A stretch of 63,459 nucleotides of DNA, counting the filler, from Octopus bimaculoides (taxonomy: Eukaryota): NCBI RefSeq assembly GCF_001194135.2. It is 4 parts of 3 records of this genome, joined end to end, with 100 filler letters (N's around TTAATTAATTAA, not from the genome) between each part and the next. Parts side by side here need not be neighbours in the genome. Positions count along the whole stretch, not along the records: positions 38,935 to 62,172 come from NC_068993.1; positions 62,273 to 63,459 come from NC_068984.1; 2 more parts are not named here. The stretch is one strand, 5' to 3'. A program made the position numbers and the translations under genes. A model generated the notes under the pieces. It saw only the letters and a program-made list of their open reading frames with translations, had not been told where the DNA came from and did not search any database. Positions 48,709-63,176 of the stretch are shown here, piece after piece; position 1 is the first letter of the stretch, and every line of letters begins with the position of its first letter.

Positions 48709-49620
48709 TTTATTATAATCATTATCATTATTGCCATTTCAGCAATCACAAGGTTGAAGACGTTTCTATTCTAAATTACAAGTGTGACTTTTGTTTATCA
48801 CTCTCGTCGGAATAATAGTGCAAAGAGGATTTGTCTCTCTAGCTTCCATCCAAAAATGAACGGGAAGAAACACGAAACTGCAATTTTCTTGCTACAGGCG
48901 GTATGAGTGTCAATGGTTAATGGATTTTGGAGAAACCGACAACGTTAATTACACATCTTTGTAAGGACAAACTTATAATAACCAACAGCCATATTTTCCG
49001 ATCAAAATCTACGACTTGTCTAGTGAAATCAAAAACACTCTTCTTTAAACATTTGCATGATTGCGTAGTGTAGAACATAGAAATCGTGTAAATATTTAAC
49101 CCCTGATAATTTCCTAAACTTGAAAAGACAGTGGACTCACTATCTTCAGTAATTCTGCAATCATTATTTTTCTCCTATTTCGTCCAATCTTTTCAACTGA
49201 TTTCTTCCCTTCATCATCCAGATACTGGTGCAGTGTGTATATATCAAACACTCAATATCTCTATACAAATCTACCCCTTCGTAATCTTATCATTTTAATA
49301 TATTTCTGTCATAAAAACGAGGAAAAAAATTGTATCAAGATGATTACACACTAATACACACGAACATACGCAATGAAGTTACTAGCCAACAAATGTGGTG
49401 TGAGAGATTATAATGGAGCTCCGAAGCAACGAAGAAGATACGACAGCCAAATCTTATTAAGATTTCGTTCTACACTTTTAAAATAATGGTTCGATCGCTT
49501 GTTACATTCTTAGAAACAGTATTTGAAAGAAAAAAAGAGAGTATCTGTGTACAGATACTTCTTGTACACATATACAGCCTAGATGTTTTTCATTATGATG
49601 TGCCCAGTGTGGAGACCTGT

Positions 49621-49982
49621 GTCATTTGACTGTGGCCATGCTGGAGCACCGCCTTTAGTCGAGCAAATCGATCCCAGGACTTATTCTTTGGAAGCCTAGT
49701 ACTTATTCTATCGGTCTCTCTTTGCTGAACCGCTAAGTTACGGGGACGTAAACACACCACCATCGGTTGTTAAGCGATGTTGGGGGGACAAACACAGACA
49801 CACAAACATATACACACACATACATATACATATATATACATATATACGACGGGCTTCTTTCAGTTTCCGTCTACCAAATCCACTCACAAGGCTTTGGTCG
49901 GCCCGAGGCTATAGTAGAAGACACTTGCCCAAGGTGCCACGCAGTGGGACTGAACCCGGAACCATGTGGTTGGTAAGCAAGC
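49621..49982 (-). mobile_element. SINE family 1, near full length, close to consensus
   Basis: Reverse complement carries the B-box, GGCACCTTGGGCAAGTGTC, the internal microsatellite and the tail. Confidence 0.9.
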
Positions 49983-50065
49983 AAAGAGGAAAAAAAAAGT
50001 GACCATCCCGAAATCAACATACGATTTCACATCAGGAATCTTGCAAAACGAATTGATAAACGTAT

Positions 50066-50136
<71 letters not shown>

Positions 50137-50982
50137 CATGTATACATGTATATACATATATACATGTGTGTATTTATGTATGTACGCATGCCTGAGAGTA
50201 TACGTGCCTTTGTGTGAGTGTGTGTGTGAATGTATTCTCTAACTGAAATACATTTTTGTGAACTGTAGTCTTGGAATTACATATATTATGGATTACAATC
50301 ATGTATTGATGCAAATATTTTATTTATTAAGCTCTTCTTGGAATTTACAAGATGTAGTTAACTTTCATTAACGTTTTTCTGAAATACAAACGCCTATGCA
50401 CGTTTAGAATATCTATTGTTATATTCGTCAAAATTCAGCTCCAACGAACAGGATATTTTTGGAATAGTATATATGGAAGAACTCCATGAAATGAATAATT
50501 GTGTAAGATTATAGAATACTTGCTGAAGATTTTTGTTTAAGACGAAAACTATTAGGTAATGTTTGGTAATACTGTTACAAAGAGTATATTCATACCTACA
50601 AACGCACGCAGACACTCAAATATACTTATGTACGAATATATATATACGCCTAAATAAAAATCTTCTCGCACATGCATAAACATATATATTTCTTTATAAA
50701 TACATTAAACCTGCCGATGTGTACACAGATGCACAGATTAGCATAGTTATATAAGATGCATGATATACGAATAGCCATAAATAACTCTCTCAGAGATATG
50801 TTTATATATATGTATACGAACACATATCTATCTATCTATCTATCTATGCATGTATGTATGTATCTATCTATCTATCTATCTACCTAATGCCTCATCTCCA
50901 CATACACATACACATACACACACGCACACACACATATATACATGCATATATATTCCCATGCACACACACGCACACATACACA

Positions 50983-51025
<43 letters not shown>

Positions 51026-51116
51026 CTATATATACATACACATGAATACATATTCATCACTACATATGTACATAAACGTAAACACAGATAGATAGATAGA
51101 AAGACAGATTGATAGG

Positions 51117-51153
<37 letters not shown>

Positions 51154-51989
51154 GGAGAGAGACAGACAGACAGAGAGAGACAGAGATAGAGATAGAGAGA
51201 GAGAGAGACAGAGAAAGAGAGACAGACAGACAGAGCTATTATAAATGATAAAGCACGGGCACTCACACGTCACACTCTTTTTTAGACCCATTTTCAAATT
51301 ATTCGACTCAGCTTCACCCCAAAATACATGCTGTTGTCTGTTTCACAGAAATTACTATCATTATTTGCTAAATGATGCATAGTGAACATATCAATAGATA
51401 TTAAACGATAACAAATCACGACTTTGAGACGATCGATTAAAAAAATATTTAACATATTTGGTTTTGAACAACGTTCGCTCTATGTTTCTATTATTTATCC
51501 TTTCTTCTTTCTTGCTAATTACTATATTTTCGTGTTTATATAACTTGTACATGCTGAATATAATTTGAACATGTTGTATATACTTTGAACACGTAGTATA
51601 TAACTTAAACTTTACTATTACTCCTGTTTTCTTTTTAGTTTTAACATTCATTTTTTTTTATTTAATAATATCATGAATTTTATAATTTTCTTCTCATAAA
51701 TACTTTTTGAGTCTGTTTTACCGTATTTCATGGATTTCAAGGAACTTGTATTTCTAAGTCTGAAATAAAATTGCTTTTTATGAATATTTCCCCATCGAAG
51801 TCGTAGAAAGTGAATTCTCATAATGTGTTTTGAAGAACCAGTACATATTATACTCCACATTTTTCTTATATATCATTTACTTCAAGACGTTTTATCGTTT
51901 TCCAGAGCACCTGCCTTAATTCTTAGTGGTTCCGGTTCTTTCTCATACCCTAAACCTGTGTCAATTACAGCAACCTTTGGATCACTTTC

Positions 51990-53330
51990 ATACAATTCCT
52001 TGGAGTACTCTAAGAAGTGAGGTAGAAAAAGCTCTGGAAAAGAAAGAAAGCGGGACAGCACCAGGTCTAAATGCAGTACCGATTGAACTGATCAAGGGTA
52101 CTGGAGAAAGTGCTATAACAATACTCCACAATCACTGCTGAAAGATATGGAGAGAGGAGGGATGGCCATTAGATGGATGCAGAGCAAGATATGTACTCAA
52201 ACGCAAAAAGTGAGACCTGCTCTTGTGTGAAAATTATCGAACAATTGCTCCGATATCACATGCAAGCAGAGTACTTTAGATACGTTTGAAAGCTATCCTC
52301 GAACAATAAACAATCAAAGAACAAGCTGGCTTTAGAAGCGGATGTGGAACAAGAGGTCATCTGCACAATCTCTATACAGTTTTAGAAAAGAAACAAGAGC
52401 CCACTACTTCACAACTTATCTTTACGACATTGACTATAGAAAGGTTTTTGGTAGTGCAAACTATAGCCCCATATGGCGCAAAAAACACCTCATTAAGCTC
52501 ATGAAGCAGCTTTACATTCAGGAAAAGTCCTGCATTCGAATAAATATTGAGGAAACAGAAAAGTTTAAAAATGGGAAGGGTGTTCATCATACTTTCTTCA
52601 AGCTTGTTCAACAACTACACTTGGTGGACAATTCGAGAAGAAATACAAAAAGAAAATGGCATCAAAATACATAGCTTGCGTATTTCTAATCTAAGTTATA
52701 CAGACGATACTGCTGAACTTGCCAAGATCGAAGCCGAACTACAAGAAATGATAAATAGAGGCGAGAAAGTATCAAATATGCTTGATTTTTATCATAACAT
52801 AAAACAAAAGAGTAGTAGGAAAAGTAAAAATAAATGTTATCATCAGACTTGGCAGTGAGAGGCTCGAACAGGTTGAATTGTGCAAGTATCTTGGAGACTT
52901 GGGAATCCACATATAAGAAAGAAATGTGGACATAGCAAGAACGTCCGTGTAAAACGCTTATAACATTTGGGCCAGTAAAAGTGGGTGCGCTCATTTCGCC
53001 AATAGGTATTTATGGTTGCGAAGCATCGACTCTGAATAAATTTGAAGAGAACAAATTCAAAGCGTTTGAAATGTGGGTGGATAGGAGAATGTTGCGAGTC
53101 TCTTACAAGGATAACCGGACAAATGAATAGGTGTTACAATACGTAGGTGAAAGACGAGAATTCCTGAACATTGTGAAAAAAGTTTATTCATTATTCGAAG
53201 ATGCAGATGTTTGGAAAACATTATCATGGAAGAAAAATAAAGGGTAATAGATCAAGCGTAAGGCAAAGAATGCAATGGATAGATAGTGCTATGAGCTGGT
53301 AGGATAAGAATGGAAAGGCACCTGCGAACA
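51990..53330 (+). mobile_element. Decayed RTE-clade LINE reverse transcriptase region
   Basis: APGLNAVPIELIK, ENYRTIAPISHASRVL, EQAGFRSGCGT, NLSYTDDT (YADD-equivalent) and AFEMWVDRRMLRVS. Many frameshifts. Confidence 0.85.
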
Positions 53331-55433
53331 GGTATTTCATCATCGTCCTAATTTTGTTTGTTGTCTAGTGTAAGATTATTTATGTTGTTGTTTATGTTAC
53401 CAATTAATATATCGAGGGTTCTCTAAAGAATTAATAGCAATAACGTGTAGACAGTCACTAGAAAATGTAATGAATTAAGATAAATAATAATAGTAACAAT
53501 AAAAATCATAACAACAGTAATTTCTTTTTTTTTACCACAAGGACAAAAGCAAAGGACGACGTATGGCATAAAAAGGTGAGGATTGCGTCAATCAGAAGGG
53601 GAAAAAAACAACAACAACGATGAAATGATATAATCAAAGATATAAAAATAGAATTCAGAAATATGAATAGATAGAATCATAAATATCAGGACTATTCAGA
53701 AGCTTTATTCAGGTGAAAATATACACAAAAGGGGCCGGATTAGTCTGTCGTCTTCAATGCATTGAAAGTGCCGTTTTTCAGTTTCTTTCCTCTTAATTAG
53801 AAAAACAAAATAAGGGTGGCCCCATCCAAACCCACCAATCTTGCCATCATTACGAACCTTTCTATAAACACGCCACAAAGTATCACCTCCCTCTCTAGTC
53901 CCACCTTTCTCTTCAAATGATACTTTTGCTACAACCACCAAGCAGAGAAAAAGCTGCTTCTCTTCTTTCCTACCAAAGGAAAGTGGCACAAATTTCGGCA
54001 GCCAGAAGAGAAAGCTATATCATATGCATATAGACTCTCAGCTGTCTGAGAAAATGACATTGGAAAAATACCATGCGAACTTTAGCATACACCAGAATAT
54101 CAGAAAGTACATAATAAACCTATCCTTATTTTCCATGACAAAAATGATAGCAGCTTATTGATTTTCGAAAACCGACACCAAATGATTATGATGTTGTTTA
54201 GTGTCGAATTAAAAAGCAAGAAATTACACCAACTAATTTGTTGAAGTCAAAACGTTTTAAAATATGTTTGTATTTGGTACAGAGGGTCACTCAAATTTGA
54301 TCCTGCCTAACTGAACTTCCTCCTCTCTCGGACACACCTATCTTCTCTTCGACTCACTTCTTGCATTACTGCCATCTACTCACGGACAAATGTACAACTG
54401 AAATCTACCCGGATTATAACGGGAACCCTATCTGGATTACCACCTTCTGGATCTTACTGTACCCTGTTGTTATTGTGTAATAGAAATGTGTTTTTATTCG
54501 GATTTTGACTAAATATCTATAGTGCGTATTAATAATTATACATTGTTAAGGCATTTCCATTCAGCGACTGATCCCACTGAATATTTTGTTTAACCGTAAA
54601 TATTTTTGTTAAGTATTTACTTTCTCGTTACTTTTGAGCATCCGTGTTTATTATGAAGAGTGTTAGGCATATTTTCCATTTAACATTTCTGGGTTAAGCT
54701 TTACCGTTTCTGTGAATGTTGACCATTCTAATTTACTATGAACACAACTGTTTACAATGAAAACTCCCGTGTATATTATCAATGAACTACCTAACGTTGT
54801 TACACATAGAAGAAAATTTTGATGCATTTCTCAAGTCAAAACAATAAATATAAATTGTTCTACTTCACCTCAAAAACAAAAACAACTAGCTGTTAAATGT
54901 AACACCGCTATTTAAAAAAAAGATGTGTGCACCAAAACGTATGAAGACCAAACAGCTTGATTTTGCTTGACTTTCTTAAAGTAGCTACTGAATCTACTTC
55001 AAATCAGGCTTGATTGTCGTCTTAAATCGAATACCACATTCTATAGCACAGGCCAAATGTTTCCTGAAAGGACTAGGTATTCACGTATAAAATGCAATTT
55101 GCTTCCTCGATTAGAGCTGAACTAGAGTAATGTAAACAGAAAAATAATAAAAAGAAACAAAATTATAAAAATACACAAAAATATATAAATAATAAAGAAA
55201 ACTTAGAAGAGAGGAAAAGATTCATTCCTCTGTATGCACGCTCGGGATCAGCAAATGTAAAATAGTTTACACCCAAATCAACAGCAAGTGTCATAGAAGT
55301 AATAGAACAGTACTCACACAAACATAGAGAGCTATCTCTGCTTTTATTCAGCTGTACTTGAGAAAGTGAAGGCAAATTCAACGAAAATGTGTTAGGGTTG
55401 CAAGGGACGTCTACTCCAATTCAACACATGTAT

Positions 55434-55516
<83 letters not shown>

Positions 55517-55754
55517 GGTAGTTGTCTACTCCTTATGCAGAGTTTGAGCACCTCCTGTACCTACACCTTAGAACCATCATGGCATCTGATGTGACTTTTT
55601 AAACCAGACAATGTTCTGAAAAGACACCCACATAGATTGCGTATCCAATTTGGACCACCAAGAGCTGCAGTTAAGTTCTGATCTTTGTGGATCTTAAAAT
55701 GTCTTTTGAGGCCTCCGTTAGATTTGCAAACCTACCATACATATACATATGTAT

Positions 55755-55803
<49 letters not shown>

Positions 55804-56499
55804 CACACACACACATACACTTATGTAATGATATTTCTTAAGCATAGTTAGACAGATAGAAATAACTAGTTATTAGAACTTTATATACTTGTTTTACAGT
55901 ACGGTTTTAGGCAAATACATACACATGTATGTGTGTATGCGCGCGTGTGTGTGTGTGTGTGTGCGTGTGCTTGCGTGCGTGAGTTTGTGTGCGTGTGCGT
56001 GTGCGTGTGTAATAGCTTTTGGTATGCCCTGACATTATGAAAAACAACAATGAAAGACACAAAATGTCAACACGCTAAGGAATAAATATTGAAATGCTTT
56101 TATCAAGCTACCCCATTATTGGACATTATTGACGCTGTACCTCAATTGAAGCAACTCCAATGATATTAACTGATTCTTCCCATCACATAATTAAAGAGAA
56201 AATACAGTCATAAAAAGGCAAATTAAATGCAGAATGCTTAAATGAAACCCTATCTACATAAAAGGTAACATTTTCAAATTGACTACTTTTGACCATTATT
56301 CCTGTAACTACCAGTAGCTCTATAAAACTGCTATCTTAAACATCGGTGACTTTGTGAAGTGAACGGCAAATGGCTAGAAACGCTATAGAAATCTATAATC
56401 CGTCTCTTTGTATAATCAAAATTTGTCATGCAAATGAAAGTTGACTACACTACAAAATACTGTTTACGAATTTAATAGTCGTTAGTTTAAAATTGAGTT

Positions 56500-59250
56500 T
56501 AGAATTATTAGAATAACGTGCCGCAGTGTCTTTCAAAAGAGGCACGATAACCAAATGTCTCGTCTTAAAGAACGAATTAGGCACCGCACTCAGAGAATGA
56601 ACACGCAACTATCCCTGTAACTATATTGGAATCGATTAAATCAATAGGATACAGAATACGGAAATAAATTAGAAAGCAAGAAATAATACGACAAAAGTTC
56701 GATTAATATAAAAAAACTGAACACAATACTGGAAATATAAATATAGATATTAATATTCTAACCAATCTTGTCATAAACTACAGATTCCGTACATTGAATT
56801 GAAAGCTAAATTATATTATGGGGGAAAAAAAGATATAGATAAGGATAAATCATGAGAAAATGCATAAAAAAAGAATTCCGAAACACTTAGGAAAGAATAA
56901 ATTAAACATTGTCCGAATGGTCAATATCCTTTAAGAATAGACAGAAAAGTGAACCAATATGAAAGCTAATAATAGCTCAAATTATGATTATACGCAAGAA
57001 AGGAAGCCACGCACGATCAATGCTTAGTAACAAAAAGTAAGATGTAGAATTAGGAAAACAAACAATCGACGTCTATTATAGACAATATAATGTTGATTGC
57101 ATAATCTCGATTAAACGCACTCCTCGTTTTCAGCGGGTTGATCTTAAACATAGGCAAACTATATCCAGAAATATGAGGGGTAAGCACCTATCTCCAATGG
57201 GAAAAAATATAATGAAAAAAATAAATCAGAGCTCAATCGTAACTAACCAACTATGTTCACGTCAACATTAAATCAATGAATATTAGAAAAAGTAGCGTGA
57301 CACCACCGAATTTCTTAGGAAGTTTCCAATGGATGCAAACCCGAAATGAAATTTTACGAAAGTTAGTAAAACCAGACTCAGTCATTGCGTTCTTTTACAA
57401 TAAAAATCGAATAAAGACATGGATAAATTTTGTCTCCGGCAAAAAGCCAATTGATACACTAAACTTAACTAGTATGGTCTTAAACATTAAACTTAAATAT
57501 TTATCAAGAAAAATATTTGAAAAGGACATACTTGAAAGTCGTAGTTGTAGAACAATCGAATGTGAGAGAAATAATATTAATGTATGGCTGAGGTAAATAA
57601 AAACAAAACAAAACAAACTATGAAATGTTTATTTTTTTGAGAAGCTATAGCTTGAATGCTGTCGGCTGCTCACCGTATAGATATAGTGAGGATCTATCAG
57701 AATAAAGAAAATTATATACGTATTTGGAACATTCAATCAGTTGTAGATCGTTTGCTTCTATTTCAAGAAGTATTTTGAACAGTGAAGAATGTATAACTGT
57801 CAATTCAGCAGTATATGTAAAAAGAATTCTATTGATGACGACTGTTGAAGAGCAACTATTTAGGAGAAAAACAATATGCAACATAATAAAAAGAGTTGAA
57901 AATGATAAACATATTAATAAACCTTAAATGTCACCTTTCCTTGCGTACATTCCATATATTCTGTACAAAATTAATGGCTTATTTAAAAGGACAGCAATGT
58001 TTCTTTTATTAATACAGAACTGAAACAATTATCAAAGTATTTTATAACGAAACTACTCTTGACTGGCTGAGAGTTGACAGTTAGCTCCCGCGTCATCCAA
58101 AGTACAGGCTGTATACACTCCAGATTTCTCAGAATAATTGAAGTAAGAAAAGTTGGAACGAGAGGAATAAAATAAGAAAAAATACATTAGACATTTATGC
58201 TACATACTGACAGAATACATCAGACGTTACCAGGGAGTATTATCAGATAATGAATAGTACCAGCAAGACTGTTACGTCACGTCAACTACGGAGACGGTAT
58301 CTTAGATTGCTCTTCGCTGCTGTCTTTCGGAATCTAGCATTCTATTTTGTGCATTTGAAAACAAATTTTCGGAAGATGAACCGAGTATATGAGTGTAACC
58401 CAAATCCTTGACAGCATTCGACAACCTATCTGCAGAAAATCGAACGTCGTTTTCAATAAAACGTATTCGATAATTATCCACTCCCAACAACACTCAACTT
58501 GGATGGACGATATGAGCATTAGTACTGAATTCTTTCCAAGAGAACTTGAAAGATTTTAAGAGAATCGTCCAACTGATTTCTTCAGTGAAAACACACAATT
58601 TTAATATTACGAAGCTTTTTCATTAAATTCAATGGGTAATTCAGGTTAAGAAATAAGTTCAACCAACATCCAGACATTTCATCATCGATAACCATGGCAG
58701 ATCAGTGAAAATCTTCATAGCAGCATCTATCCATAAAAAGCCAACATTACAATATCATGTATCCCGTCTACTATAGCTGCATTGTTACTTGCCGTAGGAA
58801 AAAAATAGATCATTCAACATTAAACACTCCAATTAATTTACTTAACGATGTTGCTTGCAAAATCTTAACATTGAATGAAAAAGAGTTTATATCACCCAAG
58901 ATGGTATCACTTTTGATAATGAGTAAACCATGTATTATCTTTTCCTTTTAGAAGAATGGCAAATGATGTTAAAAGACAACGCATGAAAAATGTGGCAGCA
59001 ACATTTTGAACAAGTAATGTTTGCTTTCGGTGGCTAAGTTAGCGTTTTATCTGTATATACACATGGCCATAGAGTAAATAATTTCGACGCCAGTTTTAAT
59101 AACTCTTCAATATTGAGGCACATGAAAAGCTTCAACATGCAGATCGAATTTTGAGCAAGAAATCGAATCCAGTTTAAGAAGTATATATTTCGTCTAGAAA
59201 ATGGCACTGAAACTGAAAAATACCAAATATTCAAATGAAGAAATGTAACT
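56500..59250 (-). pseudogene. Tentative relic of an LRR-containing receptor (possibly LGR/GRL101-like GPCR)
   Basis: LRR-like LLGVDNYRIRFIEND...DLGYTHI...LFS and IFTDLPWLSMMKCLDVG, then hydrophobic TM-like LLFLIFIDLML, HWR and FNRDYAI. AT-rich translations can mimic these. Confidence 0.25.
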
Positions 59251-59924
59251 GACATAGAAATTACATTTCTATTACTTATTGAACCTTATTTCGATGATTT
59301 TTCCTGATACATTCTGCAAGAGAAAAGAAAACAAAAGAAAATCGCTGCAAGGCGAGCGTACAGTGGGAGAGATCTTCACAGGAGGAATTCCAGTCCGATA
59401 AGTGTTTCGGCCCTTATACCTGACACTCTAAGGGAGCCAGGCCTACCTAGGTCATGACTCCAAGTGTTCTCCTACTGCTTTCCTAAATCCTCTCTCCAGC
59501 AGGATTTGAACCTGGGTCCTTCAATTTGTGAACTTGTGTTTCCAGATCTGTGATTCAACTTACTAGGCTTCTCTGAATGACGAAGGAACCAGTTCTCTTC
59601 TTCCTCCTATTTCTGTAAGCAACCAATGGAATCCGTAACTAGGCCCATTGGTCATTTCTTTTCACCCATATCCACATTGTGACTCAAATTTGCACTCTAG
59701 ACACACCCTAAATATAATACAGGCTAATCAACACGTAAATTAAGATTAAACAGTAATTATTTTATCGTTCTGCTATACACAAAAAACAGGTTATAGAGAA
59801 TAATATATGTAACAGGACAGATATCTTTAAAAGAGCATGTTAACACTATCGTGAAAAAGCGGAGCATGCAGAACAAATATATATCAAAGTCTCGGATCCT
59901 GTAATACACTGTTGGTCACAATGC

Positions 59925-60150
59925 TCTCTCTCTCGCACTGTTGTAGCTTTCGAATGATGCCATCCTACTGGCTAGGCGAGTAGGCCAACATTCCTCCTGA
60001 ACTGAATGCCAGCCCTTTGCAGGGTTACCGATTTACAGCTGAGAGTACTACAGCAACATGAACTACAGTGTTTTGTTCAAGAACAAATCAAGGAACCCAA
60101 ACCACCATCTTATGATCTTAAGTGAAACACCCTAAACACTACTCCATGCA
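59925..60150 (-). mobile_element. SINE family 3 (V-domain-like) decayed copy
   Basis: GCCAGCCCTTTGCAGGGTTACCGATTTACAGCTGAG...GCAACATGAAC is the reverse complement of 37860-37940. Confidence 0.6.
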
Positions 60151-60161
60151 CCTTTACTACA

Positions 60162-60192
<31 letters not shown>

Positions 60193-61320
60193 GCGTACAC
60201 ACACACAGGGCATATTTTTTTGAGAGTATATACATATACGTAGCTTCTCCTGATTCCGAACAAAAATATTTTATACTCCGATAAATAGGACTATTCTCTG
60301 AAATAGCAAAATTTTGAAGAACTACTTCAAACTATACTGTAAGCGATATTCCCCACCATTCTCTCTTAGCCTCAAATGTGCTAATTCATTTAATCTTTGT
60401 GCGACATTCCGGAGCCAAAATTCTACATTTATCTTTAGAGATGAAGAAATGACTATTGAAGCTCAGACGTCATTAAAAAAATAGTCAATAATTGTAAAAT
60501 GAAACAAAATCTTGTAATTATTTATAACAGGAATCCAATAGTATTAGCAATAAATAAATTTCACTCTTCCATGATGTGGGTGGCTGGGTGTATTGATATT
60601 TGATTTTGTGTGTGTCTATTTATCACCTATTCGAGGGATATTTATCTATCCGTCTATTTGCACAATTATCTTTATCTATTCATCTGATTTTGTCAATCAG
60701 TTCATCTATCTATTCACATAACTATTCATGCTACTCCTCGTTCTTTTTCTTATACACATAGGTAAGTACATGTGCATATATTTTTATATGCATCTACATT
60801 TATATATTCGTGTATACATAGGTATGCGAATATGTACACACACACATATATACATATATACGTGTATATANNNNNNNNNNNNNNNNNNNNNNNNNNNNNN
60901 NNNNNNNNNNNNNNNNNNNNNNNNNNNNTATGTATATATAAACATGGATATGCGTGCGTGTATGCTTGTATATACATATATACGCATATATGCACATATG
61001 TATATGCACACATACACGCATAATGTGTATGCTCATAAGGATGAAGGTGAAAAAAGTAAATAAAAAAATAGTTAGATAGTTGACATAACATTATTTATTG
61101 AGTGAGTTCAAATAACGCTCGATGAAATCTTACGATTAAATATTTCAAAAGGCTTCCAAATTTCTTTATGTTGTGTTAAACAGTTTTAATATTTTACGAA
61201 GCTCAACTGAATGAAAATCATTTCTTAATAGTTTTTTGACACTAAGATCTCGTAGAATCGTTGAGCACCTATCCCACATCCGCAGAAATGAATATAAGTG
61301 GTGTTTGGACATTTTGTATA

Positions 61321-61431
61321 TTTTCTGTTTGGCTTTAACATTCAACAGAGCGTTGCTTTCAGTTAGTAGAGTTTATAATCCACTAACTGAAAGCAACGCT
61401 CTGTTGAAGAAAGCTCATAAAAACAAGAAAA
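61321..61431. ncRNA. Perfect 27-bp stem-loop with an imperfect lower stem; pre-miRNA-like hairpin
   Basis: 61341-61367 TTCAACAGAGCGTTGCTTTCAGTTAGT is the exact reverse complement of 61382-61408, with a 14-nt loop. Flanks GGCTTT/AAAGCT and TTTTCT-GTTT/AAAC-AAGAAAA extend it. The structure is certain; the function is not. Confidence 0.35.
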
Positions 61432-62172
61432 CGAAGAAAAATAGTAAAAGACGAACTAAAGGTAGGAACTACCCATGTACATTAACCAAACAATGGTATT
61501 TTAATAGTTAAACGTCAGCTTATAAAATCTGACATATGCTGTTGTAAACAACGCTATCACCAACAACTGACGCATAAAACGTCGCTAATGAAGGACACAA
61601 AGTTATAGATAGAAATGTCAGCATTTCTTTTACTGGCGATACTAAAATTATACAGGTGTTAAACATGACTAACCATAGATCCTCATGGTAGTGTTACGTA
61701 ACCTAAGAAAACACATCTTTGTCTTAAGGTCCTTATCGAAAGCTGAGTATAGCATTTACTTCAAACCAATAGTTGGAGTTAACTCTGCCCGATGTATTCA
61801 ATGATATCTCATTGAAATATATATATATATATATAAAAGATAAAAAGAGTGAAAAAACTACAGAAGGCTTGTGTTACATGGTTAAAGTATATATTTAAAT
61901 TATGTCAGAAAAATGTTAGAAAAATGTTAGAAAAATGTTAGAAAATCTTTTTGGTATATAAACATTGTATTTTGAGAAATAACCGGTTTCGTGTTGTCTT
62001 TTCAAATTTCTCTACTTCATTGTGTCGTGTTCGTTCCAGTCTGAGAAAGAAGAGTTCTAGATAGGGGGAGGTAATTAGGGATTTCTTCCGGTATAGGGGA
62101 GATAATTGAAATCTAGGAGGTGGTAGAATTTGATTAATTTACCATGGTTTTGTTCTATATTTTTTCCCCCTT

Positions 62173-62272
62173 NNNNNNNNNNNNNNNNNNNNNNNNNNNN
62201 NNNNNNNNNNNNNNNNTTAATTAATTAANNNNNNNNNNNNNNNNNNNNNNNNNNNNNNNNNNNNNNNNNNNN
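62173..62272. other. Artificial scaffold-joining spacer
   Basis: 44 N + TTAATTAATTAA (62217-62228) + 44 N. Confidence 0.95.
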
Positions 62273-62314
<42 letters not shown>

Positions 62315-62394
62315 TACATAAATATATGCATATATCGATACATATATGTACGTACCTACATATATATGCATATATACATGCATATATGGGTACA

Positions 62395-63176
62395 GGACAT
62401 CAAAAAAACGGTGTGTAAGAGAGTCAATTGCGCTGGTATGGACATGTGGTGAGAATGGATGAGGATAGCTGTGTGAAAAAGTGCCACACCAATGACTTGT
62501 GACCGAGACATTTGGAAATATGCTGTGCGTGAGAAGACTCGGCAAGCCAAGTGAGACCAAAATCCAAAGCCTCTGCCAGGGATGTAGCCAGCCCACTTAC
62601 GCGTAACACTCGTTCATTGGAAGCTAAACTCCGCTTGTGAAGGCCTGTTGAGGCAAGTGAAATCGAAATCGTAATCGAACTAAATTTGTAGATTGGCACC
62701 CAAGCCAACGTCTCTTCATTGAACAGTAAACTCGGCTTGTGAAGACTTGTTGGGGCAAGCGAAAGTGAAATCGTGATGGCACCTGTACCGGTAGATCACT
62801 AAGAGCACCGTCCAAGCATGATCGTTGCCAGAGCACCAGCTGCCTGGCTTCCATGCCGGTGGCACGTAAATAGCACCATTTGAGCGTGATCGTTACTGAC
62901 GTCGCTTTCCTGGCACTTGGGCATGTGAAAAGACATTCGAGTGAGTTCGTTGCCAATACCGCTGGACTGGCTCTTGTGCAGGTGGCACCTAAAATACACC
63001 ATTTTGAGCGTGGCCATTGCCAGTACCTCCTGACTGCCCTTCGTGCCGGTGGCACATAAGAGTACCCACTACACTCTTGGAGTGGTTGGCGCTAGGAAGG
63101 GCATCTAGCTGTAGAAACTGCCAAATCAGATTGGAGCCTAGTGTAACCATCTGGTTTCACCAGTCCTCAGTCAAAT
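62395..63176 (+). mobile_element. RTE LINE 3' remnant with a long modular 3' region
   Basis: QLRWYGHVVRMDEDSCVKKC is homologous to 31780-31830. It is followed by tandem ~50-60 bp modules and GGTTGGCGCTAGGAAGGGCATCTAGCTGTAG. Confidence 0.7.

Noticed and set aside
53705-53989. 94-aa minus-strand ORF
   Set aside because: It has a non-ATG start and no recognisable domain, and I cannot support it without a search.
57276-57596. 106-aa plus-strand ORF read as a cadherin or LRR exon
   Set aside because: It has no cadherin calcium-binding motifs, and neighbouring coding-like signals lie on the opposite strand.
62640-62775. Modules CTGTTGAGGCAAGTGAAA as tandem retrozyme hammerheads
   Set aside because: The invariant A6 is U in both copies, and helix III and the cleavage triplet cannot be formed.
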